A stretch of DNA of 64,000 bases from Gammaproteobacteria bacterium (GCA_965243205.1 CBDEUK010000002.1:1056001-1120000), one strand, 5' to 3'; positions 49,538 to 61,938 are shown, numbered from the stretch's first letter. Notes: a model not told the origin generated them from the sequence alone. Made by a program: numbers and translations.

Positions 49538-52500
49538 GTTGTATTTCCTCGTGTAAATCTTGGATACGGTTTACCGTAATATGTTTCTCTTGTTGCAGAC
49601 CTTCAACGGTTGCCTTCGCCGCTGCAATGGTCGTTGTATAAAATACTTTATGTTGTAGCGCAGTTCGTCGAATCGAATAGGAATCAGCAATTGCTTGTTT
49701 ACCTTCTGTCGTATTAACAATCAAAGACACTTCTTCGTTTTTAATCATATCCACGATATGCGGTTGACCTTCACGTACTTTATTAACGCTTAAACATTCA
49801 ATGCCTAACTGTTGGATCACTTTGGCAGTACCATGTGTAGCGCATAGTTCGAATCCTAATTCAGATAAATCTTTAGCAATTTTAATTGCATCATCTTTAT
49901 CATCATCACGTACACTGATGAACGCTAAACCTGATGAAGGAACGATCGTACCCGCAGCCAATTGAGACTTCATAAATGCACGACCGAAGTTTCGACTGAT
50001 ACCCATGACTTCACCTGTTGATTTCATTTCAGGACCTAATAAAGGATCAACGCCTGGGAATTTTATAAACGGCAATACAGCTTCTTTAACCGAATAAAAT
50101 TGAGGTATCACCTGCTTAATAATACCTTGCTCTGGTAAAGTTTTACCAACCATACATAAAGCTGCTACCCAAGCTACAGAAACACCTGTTGCTTTGGAAA
50201 CAAACGGTACAGTACGTGATGCTCGAGGATTCACTTCTAAGATATATATATCATTACCTTTAATAGCAAACTGTGTATTCATTAAACCAACGACGTTTAA
50301 TGCCTTAGCCATTAACTCAACTTGTGCTGTGATTTGTTCTTGAATGTCTTTGCTTAAATGATGTGGCGGTAAACAACAGGCAGAATCTCCTGAGTGAACA
50401 CCAGCTTGTTCGATGTGTTCCATAATACCACCAATAACAACATTCTCTCCATCGCAAATGGCATCCACATCCACTTCCACGGCATCACTTAAAAAACGAT
50501 CTAATAAAACTGGTGATTCATTCGATACCGAAACCGCTTCGTTCATATACCTTCGAAGATCTTCTTCGTTGTGTACGATTTCCATCGCTCGTCCACCTAA
50601 TACATAAGACGGTCTTACCACTAACGGATAACCAATTTCTTCAGCTAATTTTACCGCTTGTTCCACTTCGCGCGCTGTTCGGTTCGGTGGTTGTTTTAAT
50701 TTGAGTTCTTCTAATAAGTGTTGGAAACGTTCTCGGTCTTCAGCAAGATCAATACTATCAGGTGTTGTTCCAATGATCGGCGCACCTGCTGCTTCTAAAG
50801 CTCTTGCTAGTTTTAATGGTGTCTGACCTCCGTATTGAACAATTACACCTTTAGGTTTTTCAAGTTCAATTATTTCCATTACATCTTCGAAGGTCAAAGG
50901 TTCGAAGAATAAACGATCGGAAGTATCGTAATCAGTTGAAACGGTTTCAGGATTACAGTTCACCATAATGGTTTCATAACCGTTAGCACGCATCGCTAAA
51001 GCCGCTTGCACACAACAGTAATCAAACTCGATACCTTGGCCAATTCGATTAGGACCACCACCTAACACCATGATCTTTTCTTTATTACTAGGTTCAGCTT
51101 CGCATTCTTGATCATAAGAGGAATACATATAGGCTGTTGTAGAAGCAAACTCTGCGGCACAAGAATCCACACGCTTATAAACTGGCCTAACGTTTAAGCC
51201 ATGACGTTTACCACGTACTGCGGATTCACTGGTGTTTAATATTTTTGCTAAACGTGAATCTGAAAAACCTTTTTGTTTTAAGCGAAACAGTGTTTCTTTA
51301 TCAATATTTTCTAAATTTTGGCTCGCTAAGTTTTGTTCTTCTTTAATGATGTCTTCTATTTGCGCTAAGAACCAAGGATCAATAAAACAATTATCAAATA
51401 CTTCTTCGATAGACATGCCGCGACGAAAACCTTCAGCAACATACCAAAGACGATCAGCACGCGGGACACGTAAACTTGATTTAATTTTTTCTATTGCATC
51501 GTCATCATCAGGACTTAGCACTTCACTAAAACCATCAACGCCAATCTCTAAGCCGCGTAATGCTTTTTGTAATGATTCTTGAAAAGTGCGACCAATCGCC
51601 ATCACTTCTCCCACCGATTTCATTTGTGTGGTTAAACGATCATCGGCTTGAGGAAATTTTTCAAAGGTAAAACGAGGAATTTTGGTAACGATATAATCAA
51701 TAGAGGGTTCAAACGATGCCGGTGTCACACCACCCGTAATTTCATTCGCTAATTCATCTAAGGTATAACCTACAGCCAATTTGGCTGCGACTTTTGCAAT
51801 TGGAAACCCTGTTGCTTTTGATGCTAAAGCAGAAGAACGTGATACACGCGGATTCATTTCAATAATGATTAGTTCACCATCTTTTGGATTCACTGCAAAC
51901 TGTACATTTGAACCACCTGTATCTACACCAATTTCACGTAACACGGCTAACGATGCATTACGCATGATTTGATATTCTTTATCGGTCAATGTGATCGCAG
52001 GAGCAACAGTGATTGAGTCACCTGTATGTACTCCCATAGGATCCAAATTTTCAATCGAACAAATAATGATGCAGTTATCTTTGTTATCACGCACCACTTC
52101 CATTTCATATTCTTTCCAACCAATGATCGACTGCTCAACCATGATCTCAGTCGTACGTGAAGCTTCTAAACCACGTTCAGCGATCTCTAAAAATTCTTCT
52201 TTGTTATAAGCAATGCCGCCACCTGTTCCACCCATGGTAAACGAAGGACGAATTATGGTTGGGAAACCGATATCTTTTTGTACTTCGATCGCTTCTTCGA
52301 TGCTATGAGCAAAAGCCGCCTTCGGCATACCAAGCCCTATCTTTTCCATGGCCCTACTGAATTTTTCACGATCTTCGGCTTTATCGATCGCTTCCTTCGT
52401 AGCACCAACCATCTCAACACCATGTTTTGCTAAAACACCTTCGCGTTCTAAATCCAAAGCACAGTTAAGCGCGGTTTGACCACCCATAGTAGGCAACACC

Positions 52501-52754
52501 GCATCTGGTTTTTCTTTTTCGATAATCTCTGCAACGTTTTGCCAATGAATGGGTTCAATATACGTCGCATCCGCCATACCCGGATCGGTCATGATAGTCG
52601 CTGGATTTGAGTTGACTAAAATGACACGAAAGCCTTCCTCACGTAACGCCTTACAGGCTTGAGCACCTGAGTAATCAAACTCACAGGCTTGACCAATCAC
52701 AATCGGTCCAGCTCCAATGATAAGTATGCTTTTTATGTCGTTACGTTTAGGCAA
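49530..52754 (-). CDS. carB: Carbamoyl-phosphate synthase large subunit
   Basis: [17 protein letters not shown], two ATP-grasp domains, MGS domain. Confidence 0.99.
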   Translation of the reverse strand: MPKRNDIKSILIIGAGPIVIGQACEFDYSGAQACKALREEGFRVILVNSNPATIMTDPGMADATYIEPIHWQNVAEIIEKEKPDAVLPTMGGQTALNCALDLEREGVLAKHGVEMVGATKEAIDKAEDREKFSRAMEKIGLGMPKAAFAHSIEEAIEVQKDIGFPTIIRPSFTMGGTGGGIAYNKEEFLEIAERGLEASRTTEIMVEQSIIGWKEYEMEVVRDNKDNCIIICSIENLDPMGVHTGDSITVAPAITLTDKEYQIMRNASLAVLREIGVDTGGSNVQFAVNPKDGELIIIEMNPRVSRSSALASKATGFPIAKVAAKLAVGYTLDELANEITGGVTPASFEPSIDYIVTKIPRFTFEKFPQADDRLTTQMKSVGEVMAIGRTFQESLQKALRGLEIGVDGFSEVLSPDDDDAIEKIKSSLRVPRADRLWYVAEGFRRGMSIEEVFDNCFIDPWFLAQIEDIIKEEQNLASQNLENIDKETLFRLKQKGFSDSRLAKILNTSESAVRGKRHGLNVRPVYKRVDSCAAEFASTTAYMYSSYDQECEAEPSNKEKIMVLGGGPNRIGQGIEFDYCCVQAALAMRANGYETIMVNCNPETVSTDYDTSDRLFFEPLTFEDVMEIIELEKPKGVIVQYGGQTPLKLARALEAAGAPIIGTTPDSIDLAEDRERFQHLLEELKLKQPPNRTAREVEQAVKLAEEIGYPLVVRPSYVLGGRAMEIVHNEEDLRRYMNEAVSVSNESPVLLDRFLSDAVEVDVDAICDGENVVIGGIMEHIEQAGVHSGDSACCLPPHHLSKDIQEQITAQVELMAKALNVVGLMNTQFAIKGNDIYILEVNPRASRTVPFVSKATGVSVAWVAALCMVGKTLPEQGIIKQVIPQFYSVKEAVLPFIKFPGVDPLLGPEMKSTGEVMGISRNFGRAFMKSQLAAGTIVPSSGLAFISVRDDDKDDAIKIAKDLSELGFELCATHGTAKVIQQLGIECLSVNKVREGQPHIVDMIKNEEVSLIVNTTEGKQAIADSYSIRRTALQHKVFYTTTIAAAKATVEGLQQEKHITVNRIQDLHEEIQHG

Positions 52755-52771
52755 TGTCGTTACTCTTTAAA

Positions 52772-53899
52772 TTATTTATTCGCATCCATTAATGCGGTGA
52801 ATTGTTGAAAAAGATGTTGGATATCGTGCGGCCCTGGGCTTGCTTCTGGATGGCCTTGAAAACTAAATGCAGGTATATCGGTTCGCTTTACACCCTGCAA
52901 TGATTGATCAAATAAAGAACGATGGGTTGCCTCTAAGTTATTAGGCAAACTCTTTTCATCTACTGCAAAACCATGGTTTTGACTGGTGATCATCACTTCT
53001 TTTGTAGCTAAATCTTGTACTGGATGATTCGCTCCATGATGACCAAATTTCATTTTGATGGTTTTAGCACCAGAAGCCAATGACAATAATTGGTGGCCTA
53101 AACAGATGCCAAAAATTGGGACTTTAGCTTCAGCAATTTCTTGTATGGCTTTGATTGCATAATCGCAAGGATCCGGGTCACCTGGGCCATTCGATAAAAA
53201 TACCCCATCAGGTTTTTCAGCTAAGACATCTTTTGCGGAAGTTTTAGCTGGTACAACTTTAACGTCGCAACCGGCTTGCACGAGTAACCTTAAAATATTG
53301 CGTTTAACCCCAAAGTCATAAGCTACTACTTTGTATTTTGCAGTTGGTGCTTTTTGATGGCCTTCTCCTAGCTCCCAAACACCTTCATTCCAATCATAAG
53401 GCTCAGATGTTGTAACGACTTGTGCAAGGTCAGCGCCCTCTAAGCCTGCAAATTCTTGAGCCGCTGCTATTGCTGCTGCTTCATCAATATTATTGCCGGC
53501 AACAATACAGCCTCGTTGCGCGCCTTTCTCTCTTAATATACGTGTCAACCGTCGTGTATCAATCCCTGCTATGGCAACAATATTATGTTTCTTTAGATAA
53601 TCATCTAAACTGACTTCTGCTCGCCAATTACTCATTTGCAAAGGTAAATCTTTAATCACCAGGCCACTCACACGCACTTTGGAAGATTCTTCATCTTCTA
53701 AATTACATCCAACATTTCCAATATGGGGCTGGGTTAAAGTAACGATTTGTTTACAGTAGGAAGGATCAGTGAGAATTTCTTGGTAGCCAGTAATGGCAGT
53801 ATTAAAAACGACTTCGCCTACGGATTGTCCGTCAATTCCAATCGATTGGCCGTAAAACAGGCTGCCATCTTCAAGTGCGAGTAACGCTGTATGGTTCAT
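52772..53899 (-). CDS. carA: Carbamoyl-phosphate synthase small subunit
   Basis: [31 protein letters not shown]. Confidence 0.99.
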   Translation of the reverse strand: MNHTALLALEDGSLFYGQSIGIDGQSVGEVVFNTAITGYQEILTDPSYCKQIVTLTQPHIGNVGCNLEDEESSKVRVSGLVIKDLPLQMSNWRAEVSLDDYLKKHNIVAIAGIDTRRLTRILREKGAQRGCIVAGNNIDEAAAIAAAQEFAGLEGADLAQVVTTSEPYDWNEGVWELGEGHQKAPTAKYKVVAYDFGVKRNILRLLVQAGCDVKVVPAKTSAKDVLAEKPDGVFLSNGPGDPDPCDYAIKAIQEIAEAKVPIFGICLGHQLLSLASGAKTIKMKFGHHGANHPVQDLATKEVMITSQNHGFAVDEKSLPNNLEATHRSLFDQSLQGVKRTDIPAFSFQGHPEASPGPHDIQHLFQQFTALMDANK

Positions 53900-53946
53900 A
53901 AACTCCTTGGGATGTTGAGCAGATAATAACTACGCTTGTTACATAC

Positions 53947-53978
53947 AAAACGGGAGCAATCGAATGATTACTCCCGTC
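53947..53978 (-). promoter_or_regulatory. Terminator-like hairpin in the carA leader (possible attenuator)
   Basis: ACGGGAGTAATC-ATTC-GATTGCTCCCGT followed by TTT about 50 nt upstream of the carA start. Confidence 0.55.
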
Positions 53979-54025
53979 TGTGGCATTTGCGAGGTATTGT
54001 ACTTTAGAGCACACTTGTATGTCTA

Positions 54026-54394
54026 ATGGCTAATGACATAAATCGTAAAAATTTAGAAAAAAAATTTATCGCTGACATCAGTAACCTTACTGAAGGTGAG
54101 GCATTATCGTTTGAGTTTCAAAAAGACGAGCAAAAATTACGTGGATTTTTGATCATGCAAAATGCAAATGTCCATGCCTATGTAAATCGCTGTCCTCATA
54201 CTGGCGTGAATCTAGAATGGCAACCAAATCAATTTCTCGATCGAACTGGACAATTTATCCAATGCGCGACCCATGGCGCACGATTTAACATTCAAGATGG
54301 ACTTTGTATCTACGGGCCTTGCCAAGGTAGATCACTTATTCCTATTCCAATAGAAATTTTTGAATCTAAGATATTTCTCAGAGATATAAATTAA
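54026..54394 (+). CDS. Rieske [2Fe-2S] ferredoxin
   Basis: NRCPH and QCATHGARF, GPC. Confidence 0.92.
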   Translation: MANDINRKNLEKKFIADISNLTEGEALSFEFQKDEQKLRGFLIMQNANVHAYVNRCPHTGVNLEWQPNQFLDRTGQFIQCATHGARFNIQDGLCIYGPCQGRSLIPIPIEIFESKIFLRDIN

Positions 54395-54400
54395 AAACAT

Positions 54401-54429
54401 AAAAAAACCCCGCATTTGCGAGGTTTTTT
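54401..54429. terminator. Bidirectional intrinsic terminator
   Basis: AAAAAAACCCCGCA-TT-TGCGAGGTTTTTT between convergent genes. Confidence 0.85.
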
Positions 54430-54448
54430 CGAAATGTAATAAATCTAA

Positions 54449-54673
54449 TTATTTCATTTTACGTGCAGCAACTAGACCAGCTACACCAACACCTAATAAT
54501 AACCAAGCAGCTGGCTCTGGAACAGATGGATTACCACCGCCATTTGGATTACCGCCGCCATTTTGCATACCGCCGCCATTTTCATTGCCACCATTGGTAG
54601 CGACACCGGCAATAGTTGCACCAGAAAATCCGAATAAAGACATTAACAATAACAACGCACTTAATTTTTTCAT
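54449..54673 (-). CDS. Minimal PEP-CTERM sorting-domain protein (74 aa)
   Basis: Signal peptide MKKLSALLLL..., Gly/Asn repeats, VPEPAAWLLLGVGVAGLVAARKMK; GAGG RBS at ATG 54673. Confidence 0.88.
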   Translation of the reverse strand: MKKLSALLLLMSLFGFSGATIAGVATNGGNENGGGMQNGGGNPNGGGNPSVPEPAAWLLLGVGVAGLVAARKMK

Positions 54674-55028
54674 AGCATTTGACCTCAAAATATACGAATT
54701 TAAACCGCCCTGCATGACATTGAAACCACTATGCCAAATTTATATAAGCTCTCCTGAGAATAACTCTCATCATTCATGAGACATCAGAGCGATCACCCTT
54801 CAATAAAAAACCGAAACAATGTAGACGTAAAATGTAACGATTTTCTAGGATAATTATCAATTAGAGGCAAAATAAAATCAATGTAAAATTGGATAGGCTT
54901 TAATCAACTAGGATATCCATGATGTTAAAGAATAATTTTATCATTTAAGGCGAAATTATTACTCTATTTACTTGATTTAGTTTAAAATATTTGTATATAA
55001 ATAAGAAAATTTGAAATTTACAGTACCA

Positions 55029-56732
55029 ATGTCTGAAAAAGATCCATCACAATCAAAAAATGCCTTACCCATGGGTTATCAGCTGCATTGGTATACTATT
55101 AAGGATATCTTAGGCCATGGCGGGTTTGGCATCACATATCTTGCTTATGATCAAAACCTTGCCCATGAAGTTGCCATCAAAGAGTACATGCCCTCAGAAT
55201 TATCGGTTAGAGATTCTGATGATCATAGTGTTCATCCCTTAAGTGATCGCAAAAAATCACGTTATGAATGGGGGCTGGAAAGATTCATATCTGAAGCCAG
55301 AACAATTGGGCGCTTTAAACATGCCAATATTATTCGGGTACGCAACGTCTTTGAAGATAATAATACTGCTTACATGGTAATGGATTATGAGGTTGGTGAA
55401 AGTCTACAGGATATATTGACTCGGAAAAAAATACTAAACCAAGATGAATTAATGAGTATGATTTTTCCAATCATTGAAGGAGTGAAATCTATCCATGCCT
55501 CAGGGTTCATCCATCGTGATATTAAACCAGCAAACATTTTTATTCGAACTGGTGGCGAACCTGTTTTACTTGATTTTGGTTCAGCAAGAAAAGCTGTTTC
55601 AAAGCATAAACGTACTATAACCAGTTTATTCTCCAAAGGTTATGCACCGATTGAGCAGTACGAATCCTCAGATGATAACGATACCCAAGGCCCTTGGACT
55701 GATATCTATTCTTTAGGCGCAACTATGTATCGATGCATTTCAGGCATGGCGCCAACTGATGCTATTGACCGTAGTTCTGCAATTATTCATACCGGCCAAG
55801 ACACTTATGTCTCTGCTGTTGAAATTGGAGAAGGCCGATATTCAAAATCGTTACTTGAGGCGATTGACTTCGCTATGAATTTTAAACGCGACGAGCGTCC
55901 TGGCGATATAGCAGAATGGGAAATCGGTTTACATAACCTAGCTCCTCCAATGGGTGATATCACTATTCAAAATAGTATTTTGGAAGTTGAAAATAAAAAT
56001 CGTTTCATGACGGCAAAAAAAGCCGCGACTGAAGGTGATGTCAAAGCCCAAGCAGAATTAGCCTATTACTATGTTAGAGGCGTTGGCACCGAAAAAGATG
56101 ATTCAATGGCATTTAATTGGTATTTCAACGCCGCACAACAAAACAATATTAACTCACAATACAATTTAGGTGTGATGTACGCCAAGGGTCGGGGCGTGAA
56201 GCAAAATTTTGCAGAAGCGTTTCGCTGGTATAAGCGTGCCGCGGAGCAAGGCGATCCAGCTGCACAAGCTACCATCGCTATGATGTGTGAAAAAGGCATC
56301 GGCACTGATAAAAATATGCAAGACGCTGTCAGTTATTATTTGTTAGCAGCGGAACAAGGCAATGTGAATGCACAATATACGTTAGGTACTTGGTTTGCCA
56401 AAGGCACTGGCGTTGAAAAGGATTATCCAAAAGCTTTTTCTTGGTTTCAAAAAGCAGCAGAACAAGGCCACATCAATGCACAACTTAATCTAGGCTATTT
56501 TTACGGTAAAGGTAAAGGCATTGAACGAGATGATAGAAAAGCCTTTGAATGGTTTCAACAAGCAGCTGAGCAAGGCAATTCAAATGCTCAATATAATTTA
56601 GGGGTTATTTATTCCAGAGGACGAGGAATAGAAGTGGATCTGACTAAATCCAGAGAATGGTATCGAAAAGCTGCTGATCAAGGCGACGAAGGTGCGAAAC
56701 AAGCACTTAAAAAATTACCGCCAGACGAATAA
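55029..56732 (+). CDS. Ser/Thr protein kinase with C-terminal Sel1-like repeats
   Basis: LGHGGFGITY, VAIKEY, HRDIKPAN, DFG, YAPIE; six AQYNLG..Y..G.G repeats. Confidence 0.93.
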   Translation: MSEKDPSQSKNALPMGYQLHWYTIKDILGHGGFGITYLAYDQNLAHEVAIKEYMPSELSVRDSDDHSVHPLSDRKKSRYEWGLERFISEARTIGRFKHANIIRVRNVFEDNNTAYMVMDYEVGESLQDILTRKKILNQDELMSMIFPIIEGVKSIHASGFIHRDIKPANIFIRTGGEPVLLDFGSARKAVSKHKRTITSLFSKGYAPIEQYESSDDNDTQGPWTDIYSLGATMYRCISGMAPTDAIDRSSAIIHTGQDTYVSAVEIGEGRYSKSLLEAIDFAMNFKRDERPGDIAEWEIGLHNLAPPMGDITIQNSILEVENKNRFMTAKKAATEGDVKAQAELAYYYVRGVGTEKDDSMAFNWYFNAAQQNNINSQYNLGVMYAKGRGVKQNFAEAFRWYKRAAEQGDPAAQATIAMMCEKGIGTDKNMQDAVSYYLLAAEQGNVNAQYTLGTWFAKGTGVEKDYPKAFSWFQKAAEQGHINAQLNLGYFYGKGKGIERDDRKAFEWFQQAAEQGNSNAQYNLGVIYSRGRGIEVDLTKSREWYRKAADQGDEGAKQALKKLPPDE

Positions 56733-56829
56733 TTTCTTTTTTATATAAAGAAACAAAAAGATTTTTTCTATATATATTTTTTTATTATTTTTTCAAAAAA
56801 TTTAATAACGTTTCCGTCTTTATGACGTC

Positions 56830-57019
56830 ATACTTTTCTTTGATGAGCAAAGAAAAGTATCAAAAGAAAGCTCACCCCGAATGACATAGCCTAAAGGCTT
56901 CCTTCGTCATTCGTTGTCACAACGGGTCGCTTTTACGCGATGTCCTATCGCGAAAAGCTAAGTTTTACTTCCTGTAAAACTTACCCTGTTCAAACTCATT
57001 CCTCAGCATGTCATACGGG
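56830..57019 (-). repeat. Structured repeat unit A (two GGA-loop hairpins, T-rich terminal hairpin)
   Basis: 13-bp hairpin 56830-56860; closing CCCG-ATGACAT/ATGTCAT-CGGG; minus-strand loops AGGAC (56936-56952) and CAGGAAG (56960-56982). Confidence 0.7.
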
Positions 57020-57039
57020 TTACTGTAAAGTTTTAATTT

Positions 57040-57227
57040 CCCGTTGAGACTTGCCGATTGAGGAAGCTGGCGTAGCGGAAAATTCACAGGGATGTGAATT
57101 TTAGCGAAGCGAAACAGGAGGTTTCGACTGAGCGACGTGTTATGACAGATTACTCATGAGGAATTACAAGGCGAACGGGTGTCTTTGTCTTTGGTTACTT
57201 TCTATTGGACAAGCAATAGAAAGTAAC
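57040..57227 (+). repeat. Structured repeat unit B, inverted relative to A
   Basis: CCCGTT/AACGGG closing stem; AAAATTCAC-AGGGAT-GTGAATTTT and CGAAAC-AGGAG-GTTTCG; CTTTGGTTACTTTC then 14-bp hairpin 57194-57227. Confidence 0.7.
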
Positions 57228-57268
57228 AAACATAAATTTTGAATACTTTTTAAAAAAAGTATTATTAA

Positions 57269-57805
57269 CTACTCTGTAGTTAATTTCTGAAGATCCGCAA
57301 TAATCTCATCACTATGAGACGATGGATTTACCTTACGATAAATCTTCGCCAACTTACCTTGCGGATTGATTATAAAACTATGACGTTTCGCTAATTTTAA
57401 TGGCCCAAGTGACATTAACGAACCATATGATTTAGCAACTGCTCCATCAGCATCGGATAACAGTGTAAACGGTAAACCATGTTTCTCTGCAAATTTTGCA
57501 TGACTTTCAGCATTATCAATACTCACTCCTATAACTTCAGCACCTAATGCTTTTATCTCAATAATGTCATCACGAAAATTACACGCCTCTGTTGTACATC
57601 CTGGTGTGTCATCTTTGGGATAAAAATACAAAACTACCCACTTATCTTTATAATCTATTAATTGGTGTGTTTTTTGGTATTGATCAATTAATGAAAAATC
57701 AGGTGCATCGTCATTAATAGAAAGTTCATTTGCAGATAAGAACTGACTGAAAAAAGTCATCATGATTATTGAGATAAATAATAAATTGAGTTTCGATAAT
57801 TTCAT
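57269..57805 (-). CDS. bcp: Peroxiredoxin (BCP/PrxQ family) with signal peptide
   Basis: LYFYPKDDTPGCTTEACNFRD. Confidence 0.93.
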   Translation of the reverse strand: MKLSKLNLLFISIIMMTFFSQFLSANELSINDDAPDFSLIDQYQKTHQLIDYKDKWVVLYFYPKDDTPGCTTEACNFRDDIIEIKALGAEVIGVSIDNAESHAKFAEKHGLPFTLLSDADGAVAKSYGSLMSLGPLKLAKRHSFIINPQGKLAKIYRKVNPSSHSDEIIADLQKLTTE

Positions 57806-58002
57806 GCGGTTGAGTTTAACGCAACTTTGTTTCGTTTTATTCCATTAACAAAATTTGTTCAAAACAAAGTTCTGTCTTAAAAATACGACAATTATCACAT
57901 TATTTATTCAAACTAGCTGTTTGAACGTTGCTAAAAACTGCGATTTAAAATAATTCACATACAAATCTTGCTTAGCAACATAAACTTTTATTGGTCTTTT
58001 TA

Positions 58003-58015
58003 AATCAAGTACTTA
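58003..58015 (+). promoter_or_regulatory. IHF-binding site
   Basis: AATCAAGTACTTA matches WATCAANNNNTTR, 70 bp upstream of a sigma54 site. Confidence 0.55.
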
Positions 58016-58085
58016 ATTAGAAAATCTAGAAGCTTTATCTGCAAAAAAACAAAGCAAACTAGTTCACGAATCATAAAATTAAAGT

Positions 58086-58100
58086 TGGCACTCAGTTTGC
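58086..58100 (+). promoter_or_regulatory. Sigma54 (-24/-12) promoter
   Basis: TGGCAC-TCAGT-TTGC, exact TGGCAC-N5-TTGC consensus. Confidence 0.7.
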
Positions 58101-58167
58101 CAATAACATTTATGTAACAGAGAGTTGTTATGGTTTAAATAGAAATGTATTTATTGGTTTTTTAGCA

Positions 58168-58320
58168 ATGAGTCTTGAAGAAAAAATTCATCAACATAAA
58201 AGTTTAAAGCATTACAGTACCGGTCATTACGCAAGTTTATTGCGTGATAAGTATCAAGATAGACCATCGATTCCCCAGAAGCACTGGGTAGGCCAGTACA
58301 AAAGCTTTAAAAAAGCTTAA
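58168..58320 (+). CDS. Candidate 50-aa basic small protein (or sRNA locus)
   Basis: MSLEEKIHQHKSLKHYSTGHYASLLRDKYQDRPSIPQKHWVGQYKSFKKA; downstream of the sigma54 site, ends 7 bp from typA; no clear RBS. Confidence 0.4.
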   Translation: MSLEEKIHQHKSLKHYSTGHYASLLRDKYQDRPSIPQKHWVGQYKSFKKA

Positions 58321-58327
58321 ACGCCGC

Positions 58328-60145
58328 TTAAGCTGATTTACGCGAGGCACTTTTCCGTTCGTGTTCTTTTAGATATTTCTTACGAACACGGATAGCACTT
58401 GGTGTTACTTCTACCAATTCATCATCATCAATAAATTCTAACGCTTGTTCTAATGTCATACGAATGGGTGGCGTTAAGATAATATTTTCATCTGAGCCTG
58501 AAGCACGAACATTGGTCAGCTGTTTCCCTTTCAATGGATTCACTGTTAAATCATTATCTCTTGAGTGAATACCTACTACCATCCCTTCATAAACTTCATC
58601 GCCATGACCAATCATTAATTTGCCACGTTCTTGTAGATTAAATAAGGCATAACCCAAGGCCTTACCTTTGCCATTCGCAATCATAACGCCATTGATACGT
58701 TGACCAATCGCCATGTCCACAAGCGGCCCATAATGATCAAACACGTTGTACATTAAACCAGTTCCTGAAGTCATGGTTAAAAACTCTGTACGAAATCCAA
58801 TTAAGCCACGAGCAGGAATGATGAAATCTAAACGTACTCGCCCCTTACCATCATTGGTCATATTTTTCATATCACCACGACGTTCACCAATCTTTTCCAT
58901 CACAGAACCTTGATGTTGCTCTTCAACATCAATGCTTAATTGCTCATAGGGTTCTTGAAGTTCACCATCGACTTCTCGCACAATCACTTCAGGGCGTCCA
59001 ACAGCTAATTCATAACTTTCTCGACGCATGCTTTCAATTAATACTGAAAGATGTAATTCACCTCGACCAGATACACGATACTTTTCAGCGTCTTCAGTAC
59101 GCTCAACTCGTAATGCAACATTGTGTTTTAGTTCCTGTTGCAAACGCTCCCAAATGTTTCGTGAAGTAACATATTTACCTTCTTTACCGGCAAAAGGTGA
59201 TGTATTAGGTTGAAAAGTCATACTAATAGTCGGTTCGTCGACTGTTAGCATTGGCATGGCTTCGACATTTTCAGGATCACAGATCACCTCAGAGATATCC
59301 AAAGGATCGATACCTGTCACTGCAACAATATCACCAGCGCTGGCTTCATCAACTTCGACTCGCTCTAAACCGTGGAAACCAAAGACCTGCATTATTTTGC
59401 CTGAGCGAGAGTTACCGTCACGATCTAGAATTTTAACCACTGAATTACGCGTAACCTTGCCACGTTTAATACGGCCAATACCAATCATTCCAAGGAAGTT
59501 ATTGTAATCCAGAGTCGAAACTTGCATTTGGAATGCACCATCCAGATCCACATCAGGCGGTGAGACATGTTTCAAAATCGTATCGATTAAATACGACATA
59601 TCACCTTCACTGACTTCAGGGCTATCACCACTAAAGCCTTGTATGCCCGATGCATACACGACAGGGAAATCTAACTGTTCATCGGTTGCGCCGAGCTGAT
59701 CAAATAAATCAAAGGTCTGATCTAATACCCAGTCTGGTCTCGCGCCATCACGATCAATCTTATTAATAACAACAATCGGTTTAAAACCCATAGCAAAGGC
59801 TTTTTGGGTTACAAATCGAGTTTGTGGCATAGGCCCTTCAACTGCATCGACTAATAACAGTACACAATCCACCATTGATAATACACGTTCAACCTCGCCA
59901 CCAAAGTCTGCGTGTCCGGGCGTATCAACAATATTGATTCGATAATCTTGCCATTTTATTGCGGTGTTTTTTGAAAGAATGGTAATGCCACGTTCTTTCT
60001 CTTGATCATTTGAATCCATTACACGCTCATGCGGCACAGAACGTTGATCCAAAGTACCAGACTGTTGAAGTAGTTGATCAACTAAGGTGGTTTTACCGTG
60101 GTCGACGTGAGCAATGATGGCGATGTTACGAAGCTTTTCTATCAC
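58328..60145 (-). CDS. typA: Translational GTPase TypA/BipA
   Basis: [35 protein letters not shown]. Confidence 0.98.
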   Translation of the reverse strand: MIEKLRNIAIIAHVDHGKTTLVDQLLQQSGTLDQRSVPHERVMDSNDQEKERGITILSKNTAIKWQDYRINIVDTPGHADFGGEVERVLSMVDCVLLLVDAVEGPMPQTRFVTQKAFAMGFKPIVVINKIDRDGARPDWVLDQTFDLFDQLGATDEQLDFPVVYASGIQGFSGDSPEVSEGDMSYLIDTILKHVSPPDVDLDGAFQMQVSTLDYNNFLGMIGIGRIKRGKVTRNSVVKILDRDGNSRSGKIMQVFGFHGLERVEVDEASAGDIVAVTGIDPLDISEVICDPENVEAMPMLTVDEPTISMTFQPNTSPFAGKEGKYVTSRNIWERLQQELKHNVALRVERTEDAEKYRVSGRGELHLSVLIESMRRESYELAVGRPEVIVREVDGELQEPYEQLSIDVEEQHQGSVMEKIGERRGDMKNMTNDGKGRVRLDFIIPARGLIGFRTEFLTMTSGTGLMYNVFDHYGPLVDMAIGQRINGVMIANGKGKALGYALFNLQERGKLMIGHGDEVYEGMVVGIHSRDNDLTVNPLKGKQLTNVRASGSDENIILTPPIRMTLEQALEFIDDDELVEVTPSAIRVRKKYLKEHERKSASRKSA

Positions 60146-60386
60146 TTAGGGAATCCTGCAAAACAAAAGCGCGGCATTATACAGATTAATTGTAAGAGTG
60201 CGATGAAAGCGATGGAAATTTACTCACTTTTCATCCATATGGGTGAGTAACAGCGGGTTTTTGACTTATTATGTTGTAAAATTTTCTTTAAATTTCATAG
60301 TTTTACTTGTAAATCTTATCAAATTAGTAGAAGATGCAACTCGATAATTAATCTTACTCGTACATAAACTAGTTCCTGGTATTAAT

Positions 60387-61121
60387 ATGGCTTCATCAAA
60401 CAACACAGGAATTGACGATGGAAGTCGTTCCGCATATGACCGTGAACAATGGCAGCAATGCCAAGATGCCTTGGAAAGGATCTATCTTTTCTTTAATGAA
60501 GTTACTTATTCTCTAAAACCGTTACAACTCTCAGAAACTCATGACTTCAAAATCACGAATACTGTAACGTTGCATGAGCTAAAAAAAACCAATTTTGTTT
60601 GTAATACCAAACGTAAAGAGTTTGGCGAAATTAGTGCCTTTACATTTCGATACCACTTAATTGGAAATAACCATTTCAATATCAAAGTGGTCAGCCAAGA
60701 AGAAGCTGAATTTTTAAGTAAGATACTTAGTGAGCGTAGAATTCGTTATCGACGCTATGATGAAAATCCTAATGTTATTCCACGGCACATATTGTTTGAT
60801 ATAACACCGAAGATAACGACTCGCTTTGTATTTACCCCATCACCTGACCGTAAATATATTTTACTTAAAGTGTCTAACTACGATGGTAAGTGGGATCAGA
60901 ATTTGAAATTCAAACCTGAACGCTTAAAAGATCAATTATTAGATGAAATCGCTAAATATGCTTTACATCAAAATAACGAATTCTTAGAGATTACTGGTAA
61001 CCGTCTAAGTTTAAGCATGTTAGAAAAACTCAGAGCACAATTACACGGCGAGGAAAACAAAAAACATCCTGAACCGGATAAGCACGGCTTATTGGATATT
61101 TTTAAGCGTCATGTACGCTAG
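60387..61121 (+). CDS. Hypothetical cytoplasmic protein
   Basis: 244-aa ORF filling the typA-dapB gap; no motif recognised. Confidence 0.7.
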   Translation: MASSNNTGIDDGSRSAYDREQWQQCQDALERIYLFFNEVTYSLKPLQLSETHDFKITNTVTLHELKKTNFVCNTKRKEFGEISAFTFRYHLIGNNHFNIKVVSQEEAEFLSKILSERRIRYRRYDENPNVIPRHILFDITPKITTRFVFTPSPDRKYILLKVSNYDGKWDQNLKFKPERLKDQLLDEIAKYALHQNNEFLEITGNRLSLSMLEKLRAQLHGEENKKHPEPDKHGLLDIFKRHVR

Positions 61122-61134
61122 AAATACAGTATTT

Positions 61135-61938
<804 letters not shown>

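Noticed and set aside
56050-56700. Periodic ~108-bp nucleotide similarity suggestive of an array
   Set aside because: Explained by 36-aa Sel1 protein repeats; not CRISPR
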